Shown: positions 23,498 to 32,354 of the stretch, in pieces | How positions within the stretch are numbered: position 1 is the first letter of the stretch | How the letters are laid out: each line of letters starts with the position of its first letter | NCBI GenBank assembly: GCA_965248835.1 | Contig: CBDFLJ010000001.1 | Location: forward strand, 32,001 to 96,000 | DNA: 64,000 nucleotides | Source: Alphaproteobacteria bacterium | GTDB lineage: Bacteria > Pseudomonadota > Alphaproteobacteria > MPNO01 | Reading direction: 5' to 3' | Program-made: the position numbers and the translations under genes | Notes under the pieces: generated by a model | Databases searched by the model: none | Told to the model about the DNA's origin: nothing | The model's input: only the letters and a program-made list of their open reading frames with translations

Positions 23498-24904
23498 ATG
23501 CCGGTTAGAGCCAGGCCCGACATGGCCGCGTTCTTCGGCCCGCGCAGCGTCGCGGTGATTGGCGCCTCCCAGACCGAGCGCCGTCCGGGCCGGGTGGTGA
23601 TCGAGAACATGCGGGCCAACGGGTTCGCCGGCCCCATCCATCTCGTCAACCCGCGCGGCGGGACGATCCTGGGGCTGGAGGCACGCAAATCCATCGACTC
23701 GCTGCCGGAGGGCATCGATCTTGCGATCATCATCCTGCCGGCAGCGGCGACGCCGGACGCCCTGCGCGCGTGCGCGGCGCGCGGCATCCGCGCGGCTGTC
23801 CTGGTCGCCGGCGGGTTCGCCGAAGTCGATCAGGACGGCGAGACGCTCCAGGCCGCGATCGCCGCCGTGGTCGAAGAGACCGGCATCGGCGTGCTTGGCC
23901 CCAACACCGCCGGACACATCTCCACGCCGGACGATTTCACGTCGAGCTTCTTCCCCCTCGGCAGGGTTCCACGCGGGCCCATCTCCTATATCGCCCAGAC
24001 CGGCAACTTCACCGGCGCGATGATGCGCCACATCATGACGGCGGAGAATTACGGCGTCGCCCGGACGATCGGGCTGGGGAACACCGTGGACATCGACGAG
24101 ACCGACGTGCTCGAATTCCTGGCCGAGGATCCGGAGACAGAGGCGGTCTTCCTCTACCTGGAAAGCCTCAAACGGCCTGCCGCCTTCCTGAAGGCCGCCG
24201 CCGGGCTGACCCGACGCAAGCCGGTCGTGATGCTCAAGGGCGGCGCCTCCGCCGAGGGCGCGCGGGCGGCTTTGTCCCATACCGCCTCTATGGGCTCCGA
24301 CGACCGCATCCTCGACGGCGCGCTGCGGCAGGCCGGCATCGTGCGGATCGGCGAGTTCTCCGATCTCTTCCTCGCCGCCAAGGCGATCTCGGCCTCCGGG
24401 CTGCCGGCGGGCAACCGGGTCGGCTTCGTCTCGCCCTCGGGCGCCTTCATCGTCCATATCAGCGATCTGTGCCGGGCCGGGCTCGACATCGCCTTCCCGG
24501 CGCTCGCCGGGCCGACCATGGACCGGTTGCGCGACATCAGCCCGCCCTTCATCAGCCTTGCCAACCCGGTCGACGTCTTTCCCAGCGCCACCGTGCACGG
24601 CATGGCGTTCGCCTACCGCGAGGCGATCGAGGCGGTGATCGCCGACGGCAACGTCGATGCGGTCGTCACCATCCTGATCCTCGCCGAGGCGCTCGGCATT
24701 CCGGACCTGGCGTTCCTGGTCGAGATCGCCGCACGGCATCCCGCCAAGCCGGTCCTGGTGTCGTTCTCGGGCGATCACGCGGCGAACGAGGCGGCCAAGG
24801 CCTTCCTCGAGCCGCGCGGGATTGCCACATTCCCCCGCATCGAGGATCCCTTCAAGGTGCTCGACATTCTTGTCCGGTGCCGCCGGGCGATGGAGCGAGA
24901 CTGA
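23498..24904 (+). CDS. Acyl-CoA synthetase (NDP-forming) alpha-type subunit / CoA-binding protein
   Basis: PRSVAVIGAS, LGPNT, GLGN..DIDE and SHTA phospho-His motif. No ATP-grasp domain. Confidence 0.85.
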   Translation: MPVRARPDMAAFFGPRSVAVIGASQTERRPGRVVIENMRANGFAGPIHLVNPRGGTILGLEARKSIDSLPEGIDLAIIILPAAATPDALRACAARGIRAAVLVAGGFAEVDQDGETLQAAIAAVVEETGIGVLGPNTAGHISTPDDFTSSFFPLGRVPRGPISYIAQTGNFTGAMMRHIMTAENYGVARTIGLGNTVDIDETDVLEFLAEDPETEAVFLYLESLKRPAAFLKAAAGLTRRKPVVMLKGGASAEGARAALSHTASMGSDDRILDGALRQAGIVRIGEFSDLFLAAKAISASGLPAGNRVGFVSPSGAFIVHISDLCRAGLDIAFPALAGPTMDRLRDISPPFISLANPVDVFPSATVHGMAFAYREAIEAVIADGNVDAVVTILILAEALGIPDLAFLVEIAARHPAKPVLVSFSGDHAANEAAKAFLEPRGIATFPRIEDPFKVLDILVRCRRAMERD

Positions 24905-24907
24905 ACG

Positions 24908-25396
24908 ATGAGCGACGGCCCGATCGAGACCCTGCGCGAGACCGTGCGCGCCGAATGGACCGATTACAACGGCCACATGAATCTCGCCTATTTCGTTCTG
25001 ATCTTCGACTACGCAACCGACGGGCTCTACCCGCTGATCGGGCTGGGCCCGGACTATCGTGACCGCACCGACTGCTCGACGTTTACGGTGGAGACCCATA
25101 CCAACTACCTGTCCGAGCTGGTGGCGGGTCAGGAGGTCATCTGCACCACCCAGCTCCTCGGCTTCGACGACAAGCGCATACACTACTTCCACCGCATGCT
25201 CGAAGCCCGGACCGGCGCCTTGTCGGCAACTACCGAACAGATGGCCGTTCACGTCGATCTCGCGACGCGGCGGGTCTGCCCGATGCCGGAGGACGTCCAG
25301 GACCGGCTGGCAAAAATCTTTCTCGCCCATGCCGGGCTGGCGCGGCCTGCACAAATCGGCCATGCGATGCGCCTGGGCAGCCGCAGGGTGAATTAG
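24908..25396 (+). CDS. Hot-dog fold thioesterase family protein
   Basis: EWTDYNGHMNLAY and FTVETH motifs. Confidence 0.88.
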   Translation: MSDGPIETLRETVRAEWTDYNGHMNLAYFVLIFDYATDGLYPLIGLGPDYRDRTDCSTFTVETHTNYLSELVAGQEVICTTQLLGFDDKRIHYFHRMLEARTGALSATTEQMAVHVDLATRRVCPMPEDVQDRLAKIFLAHAGLARPAQIGHAMRLGSRRVN

Positions 25397-25436
25397 GGCT
25401 TTGCCAAACCGCGCCTGCCGGGCTACACCTTTGGGC

Positions 25437-25940
25437 ATGGTCGCGAGGGCAATTGTTGCTCTAAGCGCGTTCTTGGGCGTGATCGGCGTCGGGGGGGCGG
25501 CGCTTGCCGAATGCACTGACCCGGGCGAGCCCGGCGTCAACTGGCGCCGCTGTATATTCGACCGTCAAGAACTGCGCGAGCTCGACCTCAGCAGATCGCA
25601 TCTGCGCGATGCCTCGTTCACGCGTGCCGATCTGTCCAAGACCAACCTCACGGGGACGAACGCCTTTCGCGCGAAATTCTTGAGCGCGCGGCTGATCGAC
25701 GCGAAATTCGACGGCGCCCGGCTGGTCGAGACCGATTTCACCAAGGCCGACCTGTCCGGCGCTTCGCTCCGCATGGCCGATCTGCGGCGGGCGCGCCTGT
25801 TCCGGGCGGTGCTGCGCGGCGCCGATCTGACCGGCGCCAAGCTGCGCGGCGCGGACCTGCTCAACGCCGACTTGACCGGCGCGACCTGGGTCGACGGCAA
25901 GAAGATCTGCGCCGACGGATCGATCGGCAAGTGCCAATAG
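25437..25940 (+). CDS. Secreted pentapeptide-repeat protein
   Basis: Signal peptide, A(D/N)Lxx repeats, Cys pairs at both ends. Confidence 0.88.
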   Translation: MVARAIVALSAFLGVIGVGGAALAECTDPGEPGVNWRRCIFDRQELRELDLSRSHLRDASFTRADLSKTNLTGTNAFRAKFLSARLIDAKFDGARLVETDFTKADLSGASLRMADLRRARLFRAVLRGADLTGAKLRGADLLNADLTGATWVDGKKICADGSIGKCQ

Positions 25941-25974
25941 CCCACCGGTCGTCGGAGGTGGCGATCGGCCACAG

Positions 25975-27759
25975 ATGAGCGAGACGCCTGCAGCCCGAGC
26001 ACCGCACGAGACGAGCCCCGGCGGCCCGCTCCTCCGGCTGATGCGCGCGCGGCCCTTGGTGACGCTGGTCCTGGCCCTGCTGATCGGGCTGGCCGGGGCC
26101 TACGGTGCGATCCTCTTCCGGGAAATCTACCTGCTGTTCCAGACCCTCGCCTTCGGCACCGGCGAGGACCAACTCTATTCCCATATCGCGGGGCTGCCAG
26201 CCTGGCAAATCGTCGCCGCGCCGACGCTGGGCGGGCTGGCGGTCGGGCTTTTCGTCCACTTTGTCCTGCCGGGCAAGCGCCCGCAAGGCGTTGCCGACGT
26301 GATGGAGTCCGCGGCGCTGCGCACCGGCAGGATGGACTGGCGGGCGTGGATCGGCAGCGCGCTGGTCAGCGCCGCCTCGATCGGTTCGGGCGCCTCGGTC
26401 GGCCGCGAGGGCCCGGTGGTCCACCTCGGCGCGGGCATCGCCTCGCTGGTCGCAACCCGGCTGAGGCTGGGCCGCGCCCAGTGCGTGACGATGCTGGGCT
26501 GCGGCGTCGCCGCGGCCATCTCGGCCTCGTTCAACGCGCCGATCGCCGGGGTTTTTTTCGCGCTCGAGGTCGTCATCGGCCATTACGCGCTGTCCGCCTT
26601 CGCACCGATCGTCATCGCCGCGGTGGCCGGGGCGATCGTCACCCGGAGCCATTTCGGCGATCATCCGGCGTTCATCATCCCCGATCATTCGATCACCTCG
26701 TTCTTCGAGTTCCCGGCCTTCGCGATCCTCGGCATCGCCAGCGCCCTGGTCGCGATCATGTTCCTGCGCAGCGTCGCGCTGACCCGCACGGTGGCGCTGA
26801 TGGTCCCGGGACCGGAATGGGTGCGCCCGGCCGTCGGCGGGTTGCTGGTCGGGCTGATCGCGCTGATCTTTCCCAACGTGCTCGGCGTCGGCTACGGCTC
26901 GACCGATGCGGCGCTGCGGGAGCTGCTGCCGTTCTGGACCCTGGTCGGGCTGATCCTCGCCAAGACCGCAGCAACCGCGATCTGCCTGGGCTCCGGGTTC
27001 GGCGGCGGGGTGTTCAGCCCATCGCTCTTCCTCGGCGCGATGCTTGGCGGCGCCTTCGGGGTCGTCGCCAACGCGTTCTTCCCCGAGCACACCTCGGCGT
27101 TGGGCGCCTACACGCTGGTCGGCATGGGGGCGGTCGCGGGCTGCGTCCTCGGCGCGCCGATCTCGACCATCCTGATCGTCTTCGAGCTGACCGGCGAATA
27201 CGAGATCACCATCGCCGTGATGGTCGCCGTCGTGGTCGCCTCGCTGATCACCCAGGGTATCGGGAGCAAGTCGTTCTTCCACTGGCAGCTTGACCTGCGC
27301 GGCATTTCGCTCAAGGGCGGGCTCGAGCAGGGCCATCTGAGCGCCTTGAAGGTGCGCGATCTGATGAGTGGAGCATTCGCCACCCTGCCGCGCGATGCGA
27401 CCATGGCCCGGATCCGCGAAGCCCTTCTGGAGGCGCCCTATGGCGAGCTGTTCGTGACCGGCGACGATGGCCGGCTGCACGGCACGATTACCTTGGCCGA
27501 GCTGTCGCACAGCGCCTTCGACACCACCAACGATCCGCTGTTGCGCGCCCTGGACGTTGCCCGCATGAACCCGCCGGTGGTCAATCCGGGGGACGATCTG
27601 CAATCGGTACTGGCCCGGATGATGGAAGCCGGCGAGGAACATCTCGGCGTGGTCGATGACGCCGGCAAGCTGGTCGGCTTCGTCCACGAGGTCGACGTCA
27701 TGCTCGCCTACAACCGCGCGCTCATGCAGGCCCGCCGCGAGGAGCGTGGCGAGGATTGA
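25975..27759 (+). CDS. ClC chloride channel/transporter with CBS domains
   Basis: GREGP, FNAPIAG and GGVFSP motifs, C-terminal CBS pair. Confidence 0.92.
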   Translation: MSETPAARAPHETSPGGPLLRLMRARPLVTLVLALLIGLAGAYGAILFREIYLLFQTLAFGTGEDQLYSHIAGLPAWQIVAAPTLGGLAVGLFVHFVLPGKRPQGVADVMESAALRTGRMDWRAWIGSALVSAASIGSGASVGREGPVVHLGAGIASLVATRLRLGRAQCVTMLGCGVAAAISASFNAPIAGVFFALEVVIGHYALSAFAPIVIAAVAGAIVTRSHFGDHPAFIIPDHSITSFFEFPAFAILGIASALVAIMFLRSVALTRTVALMVPGPEWVRPAVGGLLVGLIALIFPNVLGVGYGSTDAALRELLPFWTLVGLILAKTAATAICLGSGFGGGVFSPSLFLGAMLGGAFGVVANAFFPEHTSALGAYTLVGMGAVAGCVLGAPISTILIVFELTGEYEITIAVMVAVVVASLITQGIGSKSFFHWQLDLRGISLKGGLEQGHLSALKVRDLMSGAFATLPRDATMARIREALLEAPYGELFVTGDDGRLHGTITLAELSHSAFDTTNDPLLRALDVARMNPPVVNPGDDLQSVLARMMEAGEEHLGVVDDAGKLVGFVHEVDVMLAYNRALMQARREERGED

Positions 27760-27775
27760 CCAGGCCCGCCTCGGA

Positions 27776-28768
27776 TCAATAGCTGCGCGGGGCGATAAAC
27801 CAGTCCTGGCGGTCGATCGAGCGGATGGTGACATCGGCCGGCTCGTTTCCGCGCAGCATCCTCAGCGGAACATCGATCCCGGCACTGCCCAGCGACCACA
27901 GCGCGCGATAGTACTCCGGCAATGTCGAGACCGGCCTGCCGGCAATGCCCAGCACCAGATCGCCGGGCTTCACCCCGGCCCTGTCCGCCGGGCCGCCGGG
28001 CGGCACCCGGGCGACGAACAGCCGGCCGTGCAGCGCCTGCGGGTAGAGCCCGAGCCACGGCCGAACGGGACGGCTCGACCGGCCGTTGGCAATCAGATCG
28101 CCCAGCACCGGTTTCAGAGCGTCGATCGGCACGAACATGTTGCCGGGCAGCGAGACCCCCGGCTCGACGGCATCGGGAACTATCAACGATCCGATGCCGA
28201 CCAGCCTGCCCCCCTGGTCGACCAGCGCGGCGCCGCCGAACAACGGGTGGGCCGGCGCGGTGAAGATCGCTCCGTCGAGCATGTATTCCCACCAGCCGGC
28301 GAATTCCCGGCGGGCGACGACATAGGCCCCGAGCGCCGCGCGGTCGCCGCCAAAGCTCGCGGCCAGCACCGGGCTGCCGCGCTTCAAGGCGCCCGATTCG
28401 CCGAGCGGGATCGGCTTCACCCCGAGCGGCCGATCGGCACGGATTAGACCGAAACCGGTCTCGTGGTCGTAGGCGACAAAGGAAGCGCTCACGGTGCGGA
28501 CGCCGCCCACGGTCAACTCGATCCTGGAGGCTTCGAGCACCAGGTAGCCGATGGTCAGGACTAACCCGCTGTCGTCGATGACCACGCCGCTGCCTTGGCG
28601 TTCGGTGCCGAGGCCACGCGCGGTGCGCGCCTCGGCCGGCACCTCGCTGCGGAGCTGGACGATGGCCGAGAGCAGGTCGTCGTCAGCCGCCCGGACGACG
28701 CTCGGCATCAGCACCGTCGCCAGCAGGCCTGCCAGGATCATCCGGTGGGCGCGACAACTCGACCGCAT
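27776..28768 (-). CDS. S1C (HtrA-like) trypsin fold + PDZ protein with degenerate catalytic triad, signal peptide present
   Basis: GSGVVID..GLVLTIGYLV, FGGAALVD..GRLVGIG, RPWLG PDZ start. Confidence 0.82.
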   Translation of the reverse strand: MRSSCRAHRMILAGLLATVLMPSVVRAADDDLLSAIVQLRSEVPAEARTARGLGTERQGSGVVIDDSGLVLTIGYLVLEASRIELTVGGVRTVSASFVAYDHETGFGLIRADRPLGVKPIPLGESGALKRGSPVLAASFGGDRAALGAYVVARREFAGWWEYMLDGAIFTAPAHPLFGGAALVDQGGRLVGIGSLIVPDAVEPGVSLPGNMFVPIDALKPVLGDLIANGRSSRPVRPWLGLYPQALHGRLFVARVPPGGPADRAGVKPGDLVLGIAGRPVSTLPEYYRALWSLGSAGIDVPLRMLRGNEPADVTIRSIDRQDWFIAPRSY

Positions 28769-28909
28769 GAGACATCTCCGATCAACGGCGCGTAAGACCT
28801 ATATGCAACGGACTTCGGCCGGGGACAACGGCTTGCGCGCCGAGCCACCGAATCGTGACCGGTGCAAATCCGTCTCCGGCGGTCGGGCCGCGCTGGTATA
28901 GTCCGGCGC

Positions 28910-31174
28910 ATGTCTGAGAGTCCCGCCCGAACCGATGCCGGCGCCGCGCCGGCCTATCTTGCCGCGCTGAACCAGCGCCAGCGCGAGGCGGTCGAGGCGA
29001 CCGAGGGACCGCTGCTGGTGCTTGCCGGGGCGGGCACCGGCAAGACCAGGGTGCTGACGACCCGGCTCGCCCATATCCTGATGACCGGCAAGGCTTGGCC
29101 CAGCCAGGTGCTGGCGGTCACGTTCACCAACAAGGCCGCCGGCGAGATGCGCAACCGGGTCGGCCGGCTGCTCGGCGACGCGGTTGAGGGGCTGTGGATC
29201 GGCACCTTCCACGCGATCGCCGCCCGCATGCTGCGGCGCCACGCCGAAGCCGTGGGCCTGCGGCCGGACTTCACGATCCTCGATGCCGATGACCAGGTGC
29301 GGCTGATCAAGCAGCTCCTGGAAGCCGCCGACATCGACCAGCACCGCTGGCCGGCGCGTTCGATCCATTCGGTGATCGAGCGGTTCAAGGACCGCGGCCT
29401 CGGCCCCGACCAGGTTTCTGCCGAGGCGGCGGGCGACTTGGCCGGCGGCCGTCTGATCGAGCTCTACGCCGCGTACCAGGACCGGCTGCGCACCGTGAAC
29501 GCCTGCGATTTCGGCGATCTGCTGCTGCATTGCTTGAGGGTGTTCGCTGCGGATGTGGAGATCCTCGCCGACTACCACCGACGGCTGCGCTATGTCCTTG
29601 TCGACGAGTATCAGGACACCAACCTTGCGCAATATCTGTGGTTGCGGCTGCTCGCCCAGAGCCGGCACAACATCTGCTGCGTCGGCGATGACGACCAGTC
29701 GATCTATAGTTGGCGGGGGGCGGAGGTCGGTAACATCCTGCGGTTCGAGACCGACTTTCCCGGCGCGCGGATCGTGCGGCTGGAGCAGAACTACCGCTCG
29801 ACGCCGGAGATCCTGGCCGGCGCTTCGGCGCTGATCGCCCATAACCGGGGCAGGCTCGGCAAGACCCTGTGGACCACCGGTCAGGCCGGCCCGCCGATCC
29901 GCATCCGCGGGGTGTGGGACGGCGAGACCGAGGCGCGGGTCGTCGCCGAGGAGATCGAGGCCATCCAGCGGCGCGGCGGGGCGCTGGGCGAGATCGCGGT
30001 GCTGGTTCGCGCGAGCTTCCAGATGCGCGAGTTCGAGGAGCGGTTCATCACCTTCGGCCTGCCCTACCGGGTGATCGGCGGCCCGCGCTTCTACGAGCGC
30101 CAGGAGATCCGCGACGCGCTGGCCTATCTGCGGCTGGTCCACCAGCCCGACGACGATCTCGCCTTCGAGCGGATCGTCAACCTGCCGCGCCGAGGGATCG
30201 GCGAGGCGACGCTGCGGACATGCCACCGCTTCGCCCGCACGGCCGGGGTGTCGCTGAGCGAAGCCGCGCGCCGGCTGGTCGAATCCGACGAGCTTGGCGG
30301 CCGCGCACGCAACGGGCTGCGCCGGTTCCTCGCCGACCTCGACCGCTGGCGAGTGCTGCCCGATGAGAACCATGTCGTCCTGGCCGGGCAGGTGCTCGAC
30401 GAATCGGGCTATACCGACATGTGGCGCAACGACCGCTCGGCCGATGCGCCGGGCCGGCTGGAGAATCTCAAGGAGCTGGTCTCGGCGCTGGCGGAGTTCG
30501 ACAACCTCGGCGGCTTCCTCGAGCATATCGGGCTGGTGATGGACCGCGACGCCGGCGCCGAAGGCGAGCTGGTCAGCCTGATGACGCTGCACGCCGCCAA
30601 GGGGCTCGAGTTCGACGACGTCTTCCTGCCGGGCTGGGAGGAGGAGGTCTTTCCCAACAAGCGCGCGGTCGAAGAGGGCGGCGGAGCGGCGCTGGAGGAG
30701 GAGCGCAGGCTGGCCTATGTCGGGCTCACGAGGGCGCGCAGGACGGTCACGGTGAGCTATGCCGCGAGCCGGCGGATCTTCAGCCAATGGGTCTCCTCGA
30801 TCCCCTCGCGCTTCGTCGACGAGCTGCCCGAGGATCAGGTGGACGTGGTGAGCGAGCCGGGCCTGTTCCGCGCCCGGCCGGGCTTCGGCCTGGACGACAG
30901 CCTCGACGGCGGGCTCGACCGGCCGATCCGCCCGGGCCGCGGCCCAGGCTACGCGCGGCTCAGACACGCAAAGCGCTCCGACATCGACATGCTGATCGAG
31001 GGTACCGCACGGCGGCTGGACGAGCCGGGCGCGTCGCTCGATGTCGGCGTGCGGGTCTTCCACCAGAAATTCGGTTACGGCACCATCCTCGCCGCCGAGG
31101 CCGGCAAGCTCGAGATCGATTTCGAGAAGGCCGGCACCAAGAAGGTCATGGAGAGCTTTGTCGAACGCGCCTGA
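28910..31174 (+). CDS. uvrD: ATP-dependent DNA helicase UvrD/PcrA
   Basis: AGAGTGKT, DEYQD, VGDDDQSIY, LEQNYRS, TLHAAKGLEF, EERRLAYVGLTRA. Confidence 0.95.
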   Translation: MSESPARTDAGAAPAYLAALNQRQREAVEATEGPLLVLAGAGTGKTRVLTTRLAHILMTGKAWPSQVLAVTFTNKAAGEMRNRVGRLLGDAVEGLWIGTFHAIAARMLRRHAEAVGLRPDFTILDADDQVRLIKQLLEAADIDQHRWPARSIHSVIERFKDRGLGPDQVSAEAAGDLAGGRLIELYAAYQDRLRTVNACDFGDLLLHCLRVFAADVEILADYHRRLRYVLVDEYQDTNLAQYLWLRLLAQSRHNICCVGDDDQSIYSWRGAEVGNILRFETDFPGARIVRLEQNYRSTPEILAGASALIAHNRGRLGKTLWTTGQAGPPIRIRGVWDGETEARVVAEEIEAIQRRGGALGEIAVLVRASFQMREFEERFITFGLPYRVIGGPRFYERQEIRDALAYLRLVHQPDDDLAFERIVNLPRRGIGEATLRTCHRFARTAGVSLSEAARRLVESDELGGRARNGLRRFLADLDRWRVLPDENHVVLAGQVLDESGYTDMWRNDRSADAPGRLENLKELVSALAEFDNLGGFLEHIGLVMDRDAGAEGELVSLMTLHAAKGLEFDDVFLPGWEEEVFPNKRAVEEGGGAALEEERRLAYVGLTRARRTVTVSYAASRRIFSQWVSSIPSRFVDELPEDQVDVVSEPGLFRARPGFGLDDSLDGGLDRPIRPGRGPGYARLRHAKRSDIDMLIEGTARRLDEPGASLDVGVRVFHQKFGYGTILAAEAGKLEIDFEKAGTKKVMESFVERA

Positions 31175-32153
31175 AGCGACCGGATGGTGCGTCACGCTCG
31201 AATTCGCCCTGAACGATGCCGACCCGGCCGTCTTCGCCGCATTCGAGGACGCCCTGACCGATCCCGCCCGCTATGAAGCGGCTTCCTTCGCCCTGATGCG
31301 CGAGGAAGGCGCCGGCGTCTGGCGCATCCGCGCGGTCATGGCCTGCCGCCCGCCGGAAGACCGGCTTCGGGCAAGCCTGTCGCGCGCCGAAGCCGCCTCC
31401 GGCCTCACCGCGACAGCGCTGGCGGTCGCGCCGTTGATCGAGACCGATTGGGTGGACGCGGCCAACCGCGCGCGGCCGGCGGTCACGGCCGCGCCGTTCC
31501 ATGTCCGCGGCAGCCACGTCACCGCGTCGGGCCCAGAGGGGATGCACGACATTGTCCTCGATGCCGGCCAGGCCTTCGGGACCGGATCGCACGAGACCAC
31601 GCGCGGCTGCCTGCTGGCGATCGCGGCGAGCCCGCCGCCGCCCGGCGGCGTGCCGGCGCTCGACCTCGGGACCGGCTCGGGATTGCTCGCCATCGCGATG
31701 GCCCGCCATTGGGGGATCCCGGTGATCGCGGCCGACAGCGACCCGGTCGCGGTGGCGGTGGCTAAGGAGAACGCCGCCTCGAACAGTGTGGGCGATCGGA
31801 TCGAAACCCGGTCCAGCCGCGGTTTCGCGAACGCCCGGCTGCGCGCGGCCGGACCGTACGGAGTCATCGCCGCGAACATCCTTGCCGGTCAGCTGATCCG
31901 CATGGCGCCGGCGATCGCCCGCCATCTGCACGAAGACGGCCGCGTCCTCCTGTCCGGCATCCTGGCCGGGCAGGAGGACGCTGTGCGCCAGGCCTACGCG
32001 CGGCAGGGCCTGGCGGTGCTCGACCGGATCGTCATCGGTGACTGGCCGACGCTGACGGTGGGCCGGCAATGCCCAGGCGAGAGCGGAGCCAGCGCCGGGC
32101 GGCGGCGAACAACCGGGCGGTCTCGGCGGCGCGCAACAGCTCGGCCCGCCTGA
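31158..32153 (+). CDS. prmA: Ribosomal protein L11 methyltransferase
   Basis: AFGTGSHETT, LDLGTGSG, ANILA, LSGIL. Probable TTG start overlapping the uvrD end. Confidence 0.88.
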   Translation: MSNAPEATGWCVTLEFALNDADPAVFAAFEDALTDPARYEAASFALMREEGAGVWRIRAVMACRPPEDRLRASLSRAEAASGLTATALAVAPLIETDWVDAANRARPAVTAAPFHVRGSHVTASGPEGMHDIVLDAGQAFGTGSHETTRGCLLAIAASPPPPGGVPALDLGTGSGLLAIAMARHWGIPVIAADSDPVAVAVAKENAASNSVGDRIETRSSRGFANARLRAAGPYGVIAANILAGQLIRMAPAIARHLHEDGRVLLSGILAGQEDAVRQAYARQGLAVLDRIVIGDWPTLTVGRQCPGESGASAGRRRTTGRSRRRATARPA

Positions 32154-32235
32154 GAATATCGCCGTACGCGACCGGCGGCGCGACCCAGTGGGTATCGACC
32201 GGGATTCGATCTTCGGCCTGAAGTCTGTCTGACAT
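32032..32235 (-). CDS. Small protein (67 aa), RSP_7527-like
   Basis: MSDRLQAED...DILRRAELLRAAETARLFAAARRWLR resembles the A..LRAE....F....RW pattern of these small alphaproteobacterial proteins. A LysR-type box lies upstream. Confidence 0.55.
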   Translation of the reverse strand: MSDRLQAEDRIPVDTHWVAPPVAYGDILRRAELLRAAETARLFAAARRWLRSRLGIAGPPSASASHR

Positions 32236-32328
32236 GGGATTCTCGCAATGCTCGATGTGGGGCGGCACGCCGACACGCGGTGCCGGGTGCGCTGTTGGAC
32301 AACAGATGGGGTGCGCATTTTTTGCGCC

Positions 32329-32347
32329 CAATGCGGAATTCGCATTG
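32329..32347. promoter_or_regulatory. LysR-type operator CAATGCG-GAATT-CGCATTG (T-N11-A)
   Basis: Perfect 7-bp arms with an ATGC-N7-GCAT core, between the divergent small gene and aminopeptidase P. Confidence 0.55.
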
Positions 32348-32354
32348 CAGCGGT

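Noticed and set aside
25437-25940. Qnr/MfpA-type quinolone resistance protein
   Set aside because: The signal peptide and terminal Cys pairs point to an exported pentapeptide protein, not a cytoplasmic gyrase protector.
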